64,000 nucleotides of DNA from Caldilineaceae bacterium (GTDB lineage: Bacteria > Chloroflexota > Anaerolineae > Caldilineales > Caldilineaceae): positions 5,651 through 69,650 of the forward strand of contig WTGY01000005.1 in assembly GCA_011523365.1 (NCBI GenBank), given 5' to 3'. The position numbers and the translations under genes are program-made. The notes below the pieces were generated by a model. That model was given only the letters and a program-made list of their open reading frames with translations, ran no database searches and had not been told where the DNA came from. Of this stretch, positions 8,457 to 18,723 are shown piece after piece (positions within the stretch are counted from its first letter, which is position 1; each line of letters opens with the position of its first letter).

Positions 8457-10277
8457 GTGGATGACCCATCGGTTCCGGACGACAAGGCCGTTGCGAGCCC
8501 CATTGCAACTTTGGCCGAGATTCGAGCCGGCTCCTATTACGATTCGGTCGTGCTGATGCTGCTTCAGCGCGCGCTGGCCGAGCTGCCCGGCGTTTTGGAC
8601 GCGGGTGTAGTCATGGGCACGCCGGCCAACAAGGCGTTGCTGGCTCAGAGCGGTCTTTTGACCAACGCCCTTCAAGGTGCCGCGCCGGAGGACCTCATCC
8701 TGGTTGTCAAAGCTGAATCGGAATCTACCTGTCGCTCGGCTTTAGCGCGCGTGGACGAATTTCTGGCCACCCGGCGATCGAATCAGACCGGGGCGTATAG
8801 ACCCAAGAGCCTGGCATCTGCAACACGGATGATTCCTGAAGCGGAGTGGGTTCTGACCTCAGTTCCGGGCCGATACGCGGCCGGCGTCGCTCGCGAGGCT
8901 CTGAATCTGGGCAAGAACGTTTTTCTCTACAGTGATAATGTAAGCGTTGAGGACGAAATTTCGCTAAAGGATACGGCCGCAAGCAAGGGTCTACTGGTGA
9001 TGGGGCCCGACTGCGGCACGGCCCGAGTTAGTGGAATCGGACTTGGTTTCGCGAACAGGGTCCGCAAAGGCAGGATAGGAATCGTCGCTGCTTCCGGTAC
9101 GGGGTTGCAGACGGTGATGGTTGGTATCCATCGCCTTGGCTGCGGCGTGTCACAGGCATATGGGACGGGCGGTCGCGACTTGTCGGCCGAGGTGCGGGCG
9201 AGATCGGCGAGACATGCACTGGCCCTGTTAGAGGAGGACGGGGAGACCGATGCAGTCGTGATCGTGTCCAAGCCACCCGAGGCCTCGGTTGCACAGGAAC
9301 TGCTGTCTGAAGCGGCATCATGCAGAAAACCGGTGGTCATTAATTTCATCGGCTATGTTTCTAATGAGGACCGGAATAGTGCCCCTTCCAACATTCGGTA
9401 TGCCAGAACCCTGGACGAGACGGCGGAGATTGCAGTTCGTCTGACTTCAGCTTCAGGCTCGCAGGGCAGCTATGGGAAAGGGTCATTTACCTCTCAGGCG
9501 ACGGCGCCGCTTTCTCGCCTTGTGCCATCGCCTGAGCCGCAAGGATTCCTGCGCGGGCTTTATTCCGGGGGAACTTTGGCGTACGAGGCGCTGTTCCTGT
9601 TACAGGATTCGCTACCTTTGGTCAGGTCCAATGGGCCGCTGCCGGGAGGCAAGGTTCTGGACAACCCACACCGCAGCGAGGGGCATACGATCATCGATTT
9701 GGGCGGAGACGCGTTCACGGTCGGACGGTTGCATCCCATGCTTGACAACGAATTGCGAATTCGGCGCTTGTTGCAGGAAGCGCAGGATCCTGAGACAGGA
9801 CTCATCGTTCTGGATGTCGTTCTGGGCGACGGAGCACACGAGGACCCGGCCAGTGAGCTGGCACCGGCTATTGAAGAGGCAGTAGCAGCCGCTGCCCAGG
9901 ACGGGAGAACTCTGCCGGTCGTCGGCGTGGTCATCGGGACCGACGCGGACCCGCAAGGACTATACAGGCAGGTCGAGCAGCTGGAGGGGGCAGGCGCTTA
10001 CGTCTTTACCAGACATGACGATGCTATGCGTGCGGTGGCGTGCGCATTTGCAGGCGGCGGGGAAGGACGGCATCACATCCCGCCAGAGTTGAAACTCTGC
10101 GTTTCGAAATCGACGGGGGACGTGAGCAACTCCTCCGCGTTCGCGGCCATAAATGTTGGTCTTGAATCTTTCACGGACAGCCTGCGCGACCAAGGCGCTG
10201 AGGTTGTGCACGTCGACTGGCGCCCTCCTGCGGGAGGCGACGAGAGACTAGCCAACCTGCTAACCCGACTCAGGTAA
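8457..10277 (+). CDS. fdrA: FdrA family protein (succinyl-CoA synthetase alpha-like; AllF-type subunit)
   Basis: YYDSVVLMLLQRAL N-terminal FdrA signature and CoA-ligase-like central domain. The GTG at 8457 follows GGAG. The ORF-track start at 8352 sits inside the predicted promoter. Confidence 0.8.
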   Translation: MDDPSVPDDKAVASPIATLAEIRAGSYYDSVVLMLLQRALAELPGVLDAGVVMGTPANKALLAQSGLLTNALQGAAPEDLILVVKAESESTCRSALARVDEFLATRRSNQTGAYRPKSLASATRMIPEAEWVLTSVPGRYAAGVAREALNLGKNVFLYSDNVSVEDEISLKDTAASKGLLVMGPDCGTARVSGIGLGFANRVRKGRIGIVAASGTGLQTVMVGIHRLGCGVSQAYGTGGRDLSAEVRARSARHALALLEEDGETDAVVIVSKPPEASVAQELLSEAASCRKPVVINFIGYVSNEDRNSAPSNIRYARTLDETAEIAVRLTSASGSQGSYGKGSFTSQATAPLSRLVPSPEPQGFLRGLYSGGTLAYEALFLLQDSLPLVRSNGPLPGGKVLDNPHRSEGHTIIDLGGDAFTVGRLHPMLDNELRIRRLLQEAQDPETGLIVLDVVLGDGAHEDPASELAPAIEEAVAAAAQDGRTLPVVGVVIGTDADPQGLYRQVEQLEGAGAYVFTRHDDAMRAVACAFAGGGEGRHHIPPELKLCVSKSTGDVSNSSAFAAINVGLESFTDSLRDQGAEVVHVDWRPPAGGDERLANLLTRLR

Positions 10278-10376
10278 GGTATTGGGTCCGAATCCGCGTT
10301 TGCCGGGAGCGAACCAGTGCCGCCGGCAGAGTATCGAATGGACCGCCGACAGAACTGCTCCGCCCGGAGGGGCAAC

Positions 10377-11627
10377 ATGGCAACCAGTATAGACAGCGCC
10401 AACACAAAGGCCGTAGAACGAATGGTTGAGGCCCGTCCTGTTCTGACAGGGATGGGGAAGGCGCTTGATCTGATTCCCGGCATGCATGAAAACCTGCTGC
10501 TTCATGCCGGCCCACCGATTGCCTGGGAGCAGGCCTCAGGTCCGCTGCGAGGCGCTCTGATTGGCGCGTTGATTTTCGAGGGGAGAGCCGGGGACGAGGA
10601 GGAGGCCGAGCGACTGATTGTTAGCGGTGAAGTCAGCCTTGCGCCCTGCCATCACCACAGCTCGGTCGGGCCGATGGCGGGCGTCGTCTCGCCCTCGATG
10701 GCCGTGTATGAGATTGAGAACAGGACGCACGGGAACCGGGCCTATTCGAATCTCAACGAAGGATACGGCAAGGTTCTTCGATACGGGGCCTATAGCGAAG
10801 AGGTGCAGGAAAGACTGCGTTGGATGCACGAGGTGATGGCACCGGTGCTTGGGGCGGCGATCGAGTCCTGTTCAGGCGTGGACATACGGGCCCTGCTGGC
10901 CGAGGCGCTGCACATGGGTGATGAAGGCCACAATCGCAACAAGGCAGGTTCGGTCCTCTATACGAAACAGCTGGCGCCGCATATAGCGAAGGCAGCGCCC
11001 GACGCGGCCACGGCCGCCGACGTGATTGAGGCTTTGGGGGACAATGCACTCAGTGTCCTGAATCCGGTCATGGCGGCCTGTAAGGCGATGGCAGACGCAG
11101 GGAGCGAGGTCGAGCACAGCACGATAGTCACGACAATGGCGCGAAACGGAACCGAGTTCGGAATACGCGTCAGCGGGCTGGGTGGGCGCTGGTTCACGTC
11201 ACCCTGTCCGCAGCCGGTCGGTCTCTATTTCCCGGGCTTCAGCGCGGAGGACGGGAACCCGGACATTGGTGACAGCACGATAACGGAGACGGCCGGGCTA
11301 GGCGCATTTGCGATGGCGGCGGCGCCGGCGATCGTGACTTTTGTGAGCGGAACGCCCCAGGATGCGCTCAACGCCACTCTGGAAATGTACGAAATCACGG
11401 CAGCGGAGCACAGTTCCTTTACGATTCCGCAGCTCGACTTCCGGGGCACGCCGGTGGGTATCGACCTGAGAGCAGTGGTAGAAACGGGTATCACGCCGAG
11501 GGTCAACACTGGTATTGCTCACAGGGAGGCCGGGGTCGGCCAGATCGGCGCCGGGCTGGTTCGCCCGCCGCTGGCGCTCTTCACTGAAGCACTCGTTAGC
11601 TTTGCAGAGGAATACGGATTCCAATAG
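10377..11627 (+). CDS. DUF1116 domain protein (YlbE/AllG-like)
   Basis: Always-paired neighbour of FdrA. The ATG at 10377 is preceded by GGAGGGG. Overall resemblance to YlbE is recalled from memory. Confidence 0.7.
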   Translation: MATSIDSANTKAVERMVEARPVLTGMGKALDLIPGMHENLLLHAGPPIAWEQASGPLRGALIGALIFEGRAGDEEEAERLIVSGEVSLAPCHHHSSVGPMAGVVSPSMAVYEIENRTHGNRAYSNLNEGYGKVLRYGAYSEEVQERLRWMHEVMAPVLGAAIESCSGVDIRALLAEALHMGDEGHNRNKAGSVLYTKQLAPHIAKAAPDAATAADVIEALGDNALSVLNPVMAACKAMADAGSEVEHSTIVTTMARNGTEFGIRVSGLGGRWFTSPCPQPVGLYFPGFSAEDGNPDIGDSTITETAGLGAFAMAAAPAIVTFVSGTPQDALNATLEMYEITAAEHSSFTIPQLDFRGTPVGIDLRAVVETGITPRVNTGIAHREAGVGQIGAGLVRPPLALFTEALVSFAEEYGFQ

Positions 11628-11677
11628 CAGTAACTGACTGGATAGCCGACCACAATTGAATTCAGGAGAACAGGGCA

Positions 11678-12466
11678 ATGATCCCTTATGATCTTTCACA
11701 ACCCCTGAACGCAGATTGCTCATTCTGGCCGTTCTACCCCCCTTTCGAGGTCAAGTACTTTAAGCGCAAGTCGGAACACGGCGTCAATGCGCAGTATATT
11801 CAGTCGTCGAATCACATGGGCACCCATTTGGATGCACCGCGCCACTTTGTTACGAACGGCAAGACGATCGACCAGATCCCATTGGACTGGCTTTACGGTG
11901 ACGGCGTAATCGTAGACTTGAGCGACATGCTCGACGAGTTGGATATCTTTCGTCCTGAGGATATTGAAGAGAGAGTTGAGGTGCGAAAGGGAGATATTCT
12001 CTTCATCAATACGGGCTGGCACCGGTACTCCTTCCTGTCTGAGGAGGGAGACGAAGAGAAGTACATTCTTCGTCATCCAGGACCCCATCACAGCATTTGT
12101 CAGTGGCTGCTGGACAAGGAGATCCGCATATGGGGCGTGGACATGATTTCGACCGATCATCCGATGAACCTGCCGATTGGGCGTTTCCTGGGCAGGGGCG
12201 GCCTGGACCAGTGGGAGCGCGTTCGTAAGCAGTGCGAAGAGAAATTCGGCGGCTCCGATGCCGTTGACGAGTTGTTCCCTGAGGAAGCCTACCAGCTCAC
12301 GCACAACGCGCTTTTCCCTCACGACTGCATGCACGTAGAGAACATGGGCGGCCAGATCGGCGCGCCGGAGCTGCAGAACAAGCGGCTAACGGTAGGCGTC
12401 TTCCCCTGGTTATTCAAAGGCGGAGAGGCGGCTTTCTGCCGGGCGGTCGCGTTCGTGGAAGAGTAG
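11678..12466 (+). CDS. cyclase family protein (kynurenine formamidase-like metal hydrolase)
   Basis: NHMGTHLDAPRHF matches the HxGTHxDxPxH motif of the putative cyclase family. Confidence 0.8.
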   Translation: MIPYDLSQPLNADCSFWPFYPPFEVKYFKRKSEHGVNAQYIQSSNHMGTHLDAPRHFVTNGKTIDQIPLDWLYGDGVIVDLSDMLDELDIFRPEDIEERVEVRKGDILFINTGWHRYSFLSEEGDEEKYILRHPGPHHSICQWLLDKEIRIWGVDMISTDHPMNLPIGRFLGRGGLDQWERVRKQCEEKFGGSDAVDELFPEEAYQLTHNALFPHDCMHVENMGGQIGAPELQNKRLTVGVFPWLFKGGEAAFCRAVAFVEE

Positions 12467-12537
12467 GAGACGGTGGAACGTTTTTCGCTTGAAATACAGG
12501 CCCTTCCTGTCTGCTGCCGGAGACGGGGGCGGGAAAG

Positions 12538-13419
12538 ATGAAACCAGCGGCCTTCAGTTACCACGCGCCGCGCACGGTCGACGAGGCGCTGGCGCTGCTC
12601 TGGAACTATGGCGACGAGGGCAAGCTCCTGGCCGGAGGGCAGAGTCTAGTGCCGACGATGAATTTTCGCTTGGCCCAGCCCACGGCGCTGATTGATCTCA
12701 ATGGCATCGACGAGATGTTCTTTATTCGAGAGGACAACGACGAGCTCCGGTGCGGGGCGATGACACGACAGCGTGCCGCGGAGCGTAGCGCCCTGGTGAA
12801 ACGGAATGCACCTATGCTCCACGAAACGATGCCCTACGTTGCCCATAGTCAGATTCGCAATCGCGGAACCATCGGGGGAAGCCTGGCACACGCCGACCCG
12901 GCGGCGGAGCTACCCGCAGTGGCGGTTGCCCTGGATGCCCGGATGTATGTGCGGAGCGTTACAGACGCGCGCTGGGTGGCGGCGCGAGACTTCTACGTAG
13001 GACTGTTCGCAACCGCGATGCTGCCGGAGGAGATGTTGGTCGAAGTAGCCTTTCCGCAATTGGGCTCTGGCAGTGGTTGGGCATTTGCGGAAGTCGCCCG
13101 CCAGCACGGCAACTATGCTATGTGCGGCGCTGCGGCCGTCGTCGGACTGGACGGCAAAGGGGCGGTAGAGAACGCGAGGCTCGTCTACTTCAGCGTCGGT
13201 GAAGGTCCGGTCGTAGCAAAGCAGGCTACGGCTCTGCTTGTTGGAGAACAGCCCAAAGCAGAGGCTATTCGGGCAGCCGCCGATACTGCGGCAACGCAGG
13301 ACATTGACCCGGTGGGAGATATCCACGCCGGGCCAGCGTACCGCCGTCACCTGGCGGGCGTGCTTGGGGAGCGTGTACTGACCAGGGCCTGCGAGAGGGC
13401 AGCCGGGACCGGAGGGTAG
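12538..13419 (+). CDS. Mo-hydroxylase FAD-binding subunit (CoxM/XdhB-like)
   Basis: 293 aa. KLLAGGQSL FAD-binding motif and GGSLAHADPAAE motif. Confidence 0.85.
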   Translation: MKPAAFSYHAPRTVDEALALLWNYGDEGKLLAGGQSLVPTMNFRLAQPTALIDLNGIDEMFFIREDNDELRCGAMTRQRAAERSALVKRNAPMLHETMPYVAHSQIRNRGTIGGSLAHADPAAELPAVAVALDARMYVRSVTDARWVAARDFYVGLFATAMLPEEMLVEVAFPQLGSGSGWAFAEVARQHGNYAMCGAAAVVGLDGKGAVENARLVYFSVGEGPVVAKQATALLVGEQPKAEAIRAAADTAATQDIDPVGDIHAGPAYRRHLAGVLGERVLTRACERAAGTGG

Positions 13420-13439
13420 TAGGGGAACAGGATCGAGTT

Positions 13440-13922
13440 TTGGACCATACGATTTCGGTTACGGTGAATGGCCGCAGCTATGAACGCTCGGTGGAGCCGC
13501 GGCTGTTGCTTAGCGATTTCCTGCGGCACGAACTTGGCTTGACAGGCACGCACGTAGGTTGCGAGCACGGTGTGTGCGGTGCATGTACAGTGCTGTTGGA
13601 CGGCGTGGCCGTCCGCTCCTGTCTACTGTTCGGGGTACAGGCGGATGGACGAGACGTTGCTACAGTTGAAGGCCTGGCCGATGGCCCACAAGCGTTACAC
13701 CCGTTGCAGCACGGTTTTTGGGAAAAGCACGGTCTTCAGTGCGGCTTCTGTACGCCAGGCATTCTGATGTCGCTGGTCCCTTTCCTGGAGGAGAATCCTG
13801 ACCCGACGGAAGAGGAGATTCGCGAGCAACTTTCGGGGAACATATGCCGGTGCACGGGTTACCAAAAGATCGTAGAGGCCGTGCAGCTAGGCGCTAGATT
13901 GATACAGGAGAAATCCGCGTGA
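13440..13922 (+). CDS. Mo-hydroxylase (2Fe-2S)-binding small subunit (CoxS-like)
   Basis: CEHGVCGACTV, CGFCTPG and CRCTGY cysteine clusters. TTG start. Confidence 0.9.
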   Translation: MDHTISVTVNGRSYERSVEPRLLLSDFLRHELGLTGTHVGCEHGVCGACTVLLDGVAVRSCLLFGVQADGRDVATVEGLADGPQALHPLQHGFWEKHGLQCGFCTPGILMSLVPFLEENPDPTEEEIREQLSGNICRCTGYQKIVEAVQLGARLIQEKSA

Positions 13923-15268
13923 ATTCCTTGTTTTTGCAGGGCTTAGTGTTTTCCGGACTGGCAATTGGCGTCTTGGCATTCCTGGCCTGGTGGTTGTACC
14001 TTTCGCCGATGAAGGATTCGGGGCGTGAAAATTCGTCAGATAACCCACATAGTAGGAAAGCCATTTCCACATCGCCCCGACTTTCCAAAGTACTGGCGCT
14101 TCTGGTTGGCATTGGCGCTCTACTGATCTGCATCGGGGGATACTGGGACCTCAGCGAGCATGTTGTCACAGGAATCGTTCCTGGCGGAGAGGACTTTCTG
14201 TGGCCGCCTCACCTGATGATATACGCGGGCTTTCTGGTTGCATTTCTCGTCGCAATTGGCGGACTGTCAGCCCTGGCCATTCCCAATCTCAGAGTGGGTG
14301 TGAGAGATCCTCGGCGTTGGGTCCGACGAAGTCCTTACGTTGGCGCCATCGTGCTCGTGGCCGGCTACGGTCTTTTTTCCATTCCCGGGGACGCCATATG
14401 GCATGAACTCTATGGCATTGATTTGACAGCCTGGAGTCCTCCTCACGTCTTCATAGCGATGTCTTCCGCGAGTCTCCCCATGTTCGCCGTCGGGCTCTTA
14501 GCTGGCGGCGGGAATATGGTGCGTCCCTCCAGACGAGGGGCTGAGGGGCGCAGTCGCAGACATCTGCTTTCCAGGTTGCGGTTTGCAGAAAAGCTAACAT
14601 GGCGCTCTCCTGAAGGAAAGCGCCCGAGGACCGATTGGCGCAGCTTTGTCAACCTGTTTTACCTCGCAATTGCTCTATGCCTCGTTCTCATAATCGGCAC
14701 GACAGAATGGGAGATGGGTAAGGTGGACGGTTATGTGGCACAGCGCCCAGTCTGGCTCTATCCAACGATTATTGGTGTTTCCTCATTCTTCCTGGCAGTC
14801 CTGGCGAGGCGGGTTGCCCCCGGTCCCTGGTCTGCAACGGCATTCGCGCTCTTCTATTTTGGGTTGAGAATTGCGACGACCAGTTTTGCTGACATGGTCA
14901 GCGGGGCTACTCCAAGATTGACTCTTGTCTTCATCCTTGGTGCAGTGCTCCTGGACTTGACATACCAGTGGATGGCGCGGTTCGGCTTCAGGCCAAGTGA
15001 CTGGCAGGTCAGACTGGCTGCGGCGGGGGGTTATATGGTTGGCTTTTCGATCGTTGCCCAACCAACGATCGCGTTCCAATATCTACAGTTCTTTCCGTCA
15101 TTCACGGTACCGGACCACCTTATAGCCGTTCTACTCGTGTACGTACTGAACATTGCAGTCTATCCGGTCGCAATGGGACTGGGAAACTGGTTGAAGTCCT
15201 CCAGAAACGAAGACGCAGAGGAGCTCCAGGAGGATCTTGATGCTGTAACGGTTCCTGCAAAGAGCTGA
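13919..15268 (+). CDS. polytopic integral membrane protein of unknown function, embedded in the Mo-hydroxylase operon
   Basis: 449 aa with roughly 10 hydrophobic segments. Its GTG start overlaps the coxS-like stop (GTGA). No family recognised. Confidence 0.6.
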   Translation: MNSLFLQGLVFSGLAIGVLAFLAWWLYLSPMKDSGRENSSDNPHSRKAISTSPRLSKVLALLVGIGALLICIGGYWDLSEHVVTGIVPGGEDFLWPPHLMIYAGFLVAFLVAIGGLSALAIPNLRVGVRDPRRWVRRSPYVGAIVLVAGYGLFSIPGDAIWHELYGIDLTAWSPPHVFIAMSSASLPMFAVGLLAGGGNMVRPSRRGAEGRSRRHLLSRLRFAEKLTWRSPEGKRPRTDWRSFVNLFYLAIALCLVLIIGTTEWEMGKVDGYVAQRPVWLYPTIIGVSSFFLAVLARRVAPGPWSATAFALFYFGLRIATTSFADMVSGATPRLTLVFILGAVLLDLTYQWMARFGFRPSDWQVRLAAAGGYMVGFSIVAQPTIAFQYLQFFPSFTVPDHLIAVLLVYVLNIAVYPVAMGLGNWLKSSRNEDAEELQEDLDAVTVPAKS

Positions 15269-15424
15269 GGAGGCGGCAGATAAAGGTGCGACGCAGCGCC
15301 AGACCCAGAGCAGACGCGAAGTCCATTCCCTGCGGTGAATGACAGCGAAGGTTGGCTGGCGGAATAGCAACCACTCCCTTGCACTGCGTGCAGGTTTCCA
15401 CATACTCCACGATTCTACGTATCA

Positions 15425-17776
15425 ATGTCCACACGCCAATTCGGTCAACCGATAAAGCGCAACGAAGACCCGCGGCTTCTGGCTGGACGAGCGCTCTTCA
15501 CAGACGACGTGCAACTGGCTGGTATGTTGCACGTTGCCTTCCTGCGCAGCGATCTGGCCCACGCCCGCATCCGCTCAATTGATTTGGGTGGAGCCAAGGA
15601 ACGCCCCGGCGTCGCAGCCGTCTACACCGCCGACGACCTTGGAGAGTATTGGCAGCCGGGACCGCTCCTGGTGCCGCCACCCCCTGTGGAACAACTCGTA
15701 TTCCACCCGCGCACGCAGGTACCGCTCGCAAAAGACAAGGTACGCCATGCCGGCGAGGCAGTTGCAGTTGTTGTGGCCGAGAGCCGCTACCTTGCCGAAG
15801 ATGCGCTGGACGACATTTTTGTCGATTACGAACCGTTAGATGCGGTTGTCGATCTGGAAGATGCACTGAAAAGCGGCACACCTTTGGTCCACGATGATCT
15901 GGGACACAATATCAATGCGCGCGGAACGCAGACGAAGGGGGACTGGGCACGGGCCGAAGACGCGGCCGATCGAGTTATCCGTCGCCGCTTTCGCTACGAT
16001 CGCGGCACGGCCGCGGCGATTGAGAACAGGGGCATCGTTGCCAGTTGGGATGACAAGAGCCAGCAACTGACGATTTGGGACACGACCCAGGCTCCAATCG
16101 CCATTCGCAACGGACTGGCGGGCATGCTAGGGCTTTCGGAACACCAGGTGCGGGTTATCGCCCCGTTCATCGGCGGAGGTTTCGGTCCCAAGATAATGAT
16201 GTTCTACCCGGAGGAGGTCCTGCTAGCCTGGGCCACGTTGCAACTGGGCCGTCCGCTCAAATGGATCGAAGATCGGGAAGAAAACTTCTACGCAACCACT
16301 CAGGAACGCGGGCAGGTTCACGACGCCACAATGGCACTCAAGAATGACGGCACTGTGCTCGGAATAAAGGACGTCTTTCTTCACGATGCCGGCGCCTACG
16401 CTCCGTACGGTTTGACACTTCCCATCAGCAGTCAGTGCACTCTTCTCGGCCCTTATGTTGTGCCCGACTACCATTCGGAGTTCACCAGCGTCTTTACCAA
16501 TAAACCGATCGTAACTCCGTACCGCGGGGCGGGCCGTCAACATGGTGTATTTGTGATGGAGCGTCTGTTAGACATAGCCGCTAAGGACCTGAGTATTGAC
16601 CCAACCTCGATTCGCCGCAAGAACTACATCCAGCCCGACCAGTTCCCTTATTCGAACGAGATCATATTTCAGGACTTTACCCAACTGACGTACGACAGCG
16701 GCAACTACGAACCGGCTTTGGATCGCGCGCTGGAACTGATCGGCTATCAAGATTTCATTCGTGAGGATCAGGCCAGGCGGGAGGCCGTTGGCGAGCGGGT
16801 CGGAATCTCCGTCGTCAGCTATATCGAAGGCACCGGCATCGGCCCTTACGAGGGCGCAAGGGTGACTGTCGAGGCCAGCGGAAAAGTGAGCGTGGCAACT
16901 GGTGTGGGGACGCAAGGCCAAGGCCATTACACCAGTTTTGCCCAGGTAGTGGCCGATCAGATCGGCGTGACCGCTTCCGACGTCCACGTCGTCACCGGCG
17001 ACACAGACCTCTTTTACTGGGGGGCGGGAACGTTTGCCAGCCGGGGCGCGGTCGTCGCGGGAAACGCCATGCACGCGGCCGCGACCAAGGTGCGGGACAA
17101 AATACTTAAGATGGCAGGCGAAAAACTGGAGGCCGCCGAAGAGGATCTGGAACTGATCGAGGGGCGTGTGCAGGTCAAGGGCGTACCGCAGACTTCGATC
17201 TCTATCGGCGAACTGGCGGTTGAAGCCAACCCGATGCGTGGTGCCGTCCGACCGGGGACGGAGCCGGGACTGGAGGCCACAGAGTATTACGGGCCGGAGC
17301 GGGGCGCGACGGCATCCGGCGTTCACGCCATGACAGTGAGGGTGGATCCGGAGACGTTTCTGCTGGAGATTGAGAAGTACGTTGTTGTTCACGACTGCGG
17401 TACAGTGATCAACCCTTTGATTCTTGATGGGCAGATCCAAGGCGGAGTGGCTCAGGGCATTGGCAATGCCTTCTATGAGCAGCTGCACTTCGACGAAAAC
17501 GGTGCGCTGCTCAACGCGTCGCTGATGGACTACCTTCTGCCCACCGCCGCCGATGTTCCGAACATCGTTAGCGACCACGTGGAGACGCCGTCGCCGTTGA
17601 ATCCGCTGGGGGTGAAGGGGGCGGGGGAGGCCGGCGCGATCCCGGTTGGCGCGCTCTTTGCCCAGGCACTCGACAATGCCTTTCGGGATATCGGATTGGA
17701 GGTGCGCGAGATTCCCCTCAGTCCTAACCGGCTGTTCGAGTTGGTGACAGAGGCTGCAGCCGGGAGGAACGCATGA
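15425..17776 (+). CDS. Mo-hydroxylase molybdopterin-binding large subunit (xanthine dehydrogenase/CoxL family)
   Basis: 783 aa. N-terminal a/b hammerhead region (RNEDPRLLAG) and the GGGFG molybdopterin-domain motif. Confidence 0.9.
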   Translation: MSTRQFGQPIKRNEDPRLLAGRALFTDDVQLAGMLHVAFLRSDLAHARIRSIDLGGAKERPGVAAVYTADDLGEYWQPGPLLVPPPPVEQLVFHPRTQVPLAKDKVRHAGEAVAVVVAESRYLAEDALDDIFVDYEPLDAVVDLEDALKSGTPLVHDDLGHNINARGTQTKGDWARAEDAADRVIRRRFRYDRGTAAAIENRGIVASWDDKSQQLTIWDTTQAPIAIRNGLAGMLGLSEHQVRVIAPFIGGGFGPKIMMFYPEEVLLAWATLQLGRPLKWIEDREENFYATTQERGQVHDATMALKNDGTVLGIKDVFLHDAGAYAPYGLTLPISSQCTLLGPYVVPDYHSEFTSVFTNKPIVTPYRGAGRQHGVFVMERLLDIAAKDLSIDPTSIRRKNYIQPDQFPYSNEIIFQDFTQLTYDSGNYEPALDRALELIGYQDFIREDQARREAVGERVGISVVSYIEGTGIGPYEGARVTVEASGKVSVATGVGTQGQGHYTSFAQVVADQIGVTASDVHVVTGDTDLFYWGAGTFASRGAVVAGNAMHAAATKVRDKILKMAGEKLEAAEEDLELIEGRVQVKGVPQTSISIGELAVEANPMRGAVRPGTEPGLEATEYYGPERGATASGVHAMTVRVDPETFLLEIEKYVVVHDCGTVINPLILDGQIQGGVAQGIGNAFYEQLHFDENGALLNASLMDYLLPTAADVPNIVSDHVETPSPLNPLGVKGAGEAGAIPVGALFAQALDNAFRDIGLEVREIPLSPNRLFELVTEAAAGRNA

Positions 17777-18600
17777 CGAGCGCGCAGTCCCGTTTCATCG
17801 AGGGGCTAACTGCGAAAGTCGCAGCCGACGCGGCCGTTCGCGCCGCCTGGCTGACCGGCAGCTTCGGCAAGGATAGGGAGGACCGTTGGAGCGACGTTGA
17901 TGCACACCTGCTGATAGATGCCGCCAAGTTCGATGAATTTCACAGCAGGGTAGAATCGTGGCTGTGCGAGATACGTCCCCTGGTCTTTATGCGCCTGATG
18001 TTCGAGGGCCGGATGGTCAACGCAATGACTGACGAGGCGATGCGCCTGGATGTTTGGCTACACAAAGGGAAATCTCACGAGGTAACGGCGGGTGAGACGC
18101 GGGTGCTGTACGAGGAAGAGGGGGCCCTTGACTGGCTGCCTCGGCCCGGCGACGGGCTTACGCGGAAAGCGGCGGAGGAGCTGTTGCTCAGGGAGGTTCC
18201 TGAATTCTGGCGCTGTATCTCGATGACGCCTGTCGTCGTAGGGCGCGGGGAAAAACTGGTGGGTGCAGCAGGCAACTCCATTATCCTGCTGGCGCTCACG
18301 AATGTACTTTGTGCGGCGAGCGGAATCCGTCGGGATCGCGGCGTCAAAGCCTTGAACGGTTTCCTACTTCCACACCACCGGAATTGTGTGGAGGAGACCG
18401 TTCTGAGAACAACCGCATCCCTCGATGAGACGATTCGCATGCCCATGCGCTTAGCGCGGATCATGCGGGAGCACGGGCCTGCCATTTGCGAACAGTGGGA
18501 GGTGGAGTATCCGCGTGCCATGGAGGAGGCTGTTTTGCGGTATGTTTCGAAGGAGTTGAGTGCGCTGGGGTATGGATCCGTACTTGAAGAACTGGGTTGA
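17773..18600 (+). CDS. Pol-beta-superfamily nucleotidyltransferase domain protein
   Basis: GSFGKDREDRWSDVDAHL matches the GS-x(n)-DxD nucleotidyltransferase motif. Its ATG overlaps the large-subunit stop (ATGA). Confidence 0.55.
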   Translation: MTSAQSRFIEGLTAKVAADAAVRAAWLTGSFGKDREDRWSDVDAHLLIDAAKFDEFHSRVESWLCEIRPLVFMRLMFEGRMVNAMTDEAMRLDVWLHKGKSHEVTAGETRVLYEEEGALDWLPRPGDGLTRKAAEELLLREVPEFWRCISMTPVVVGRGEKLVGAAGNSIILLALTNVLCAASGIRRDRGVKALNGFLLPHHRNCVEETVLRTTASLDETIRMPMRLARIMREHGPAICEQWEVEYPRAMEEAVLRYVSKELSALGYGSVLEELG

Positions 18601-18723
18601 GCCCGGCATGCCACCGGAGTCAGTTGCCGCTGAATACTTCTGCCAGTCACCGCTACCATCAGACTCAAGATGCAGGTAGACCAGAGAACTCTCTACTCCG
18701 GCCAATTGACAGGAGGACCTTGT

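Noticed and set aside
16568-17578. Long antisense or out-of-frame ORFs: 16568-17578 -, 18451-19200 -, 26329-27198 -, 28904-29827 -, 35736-36728 +, 42460-43320 +, 45400-46278 -, 49215-50066 -, 50727-51479 -, 53794-54465 + and others
   Set aside because: Each lies opposite a gene with strong family motifs. Their translations are Arg/Pro/Gly-rich and low in complexity, as expected for shadow ORFs in high-GC DNA.
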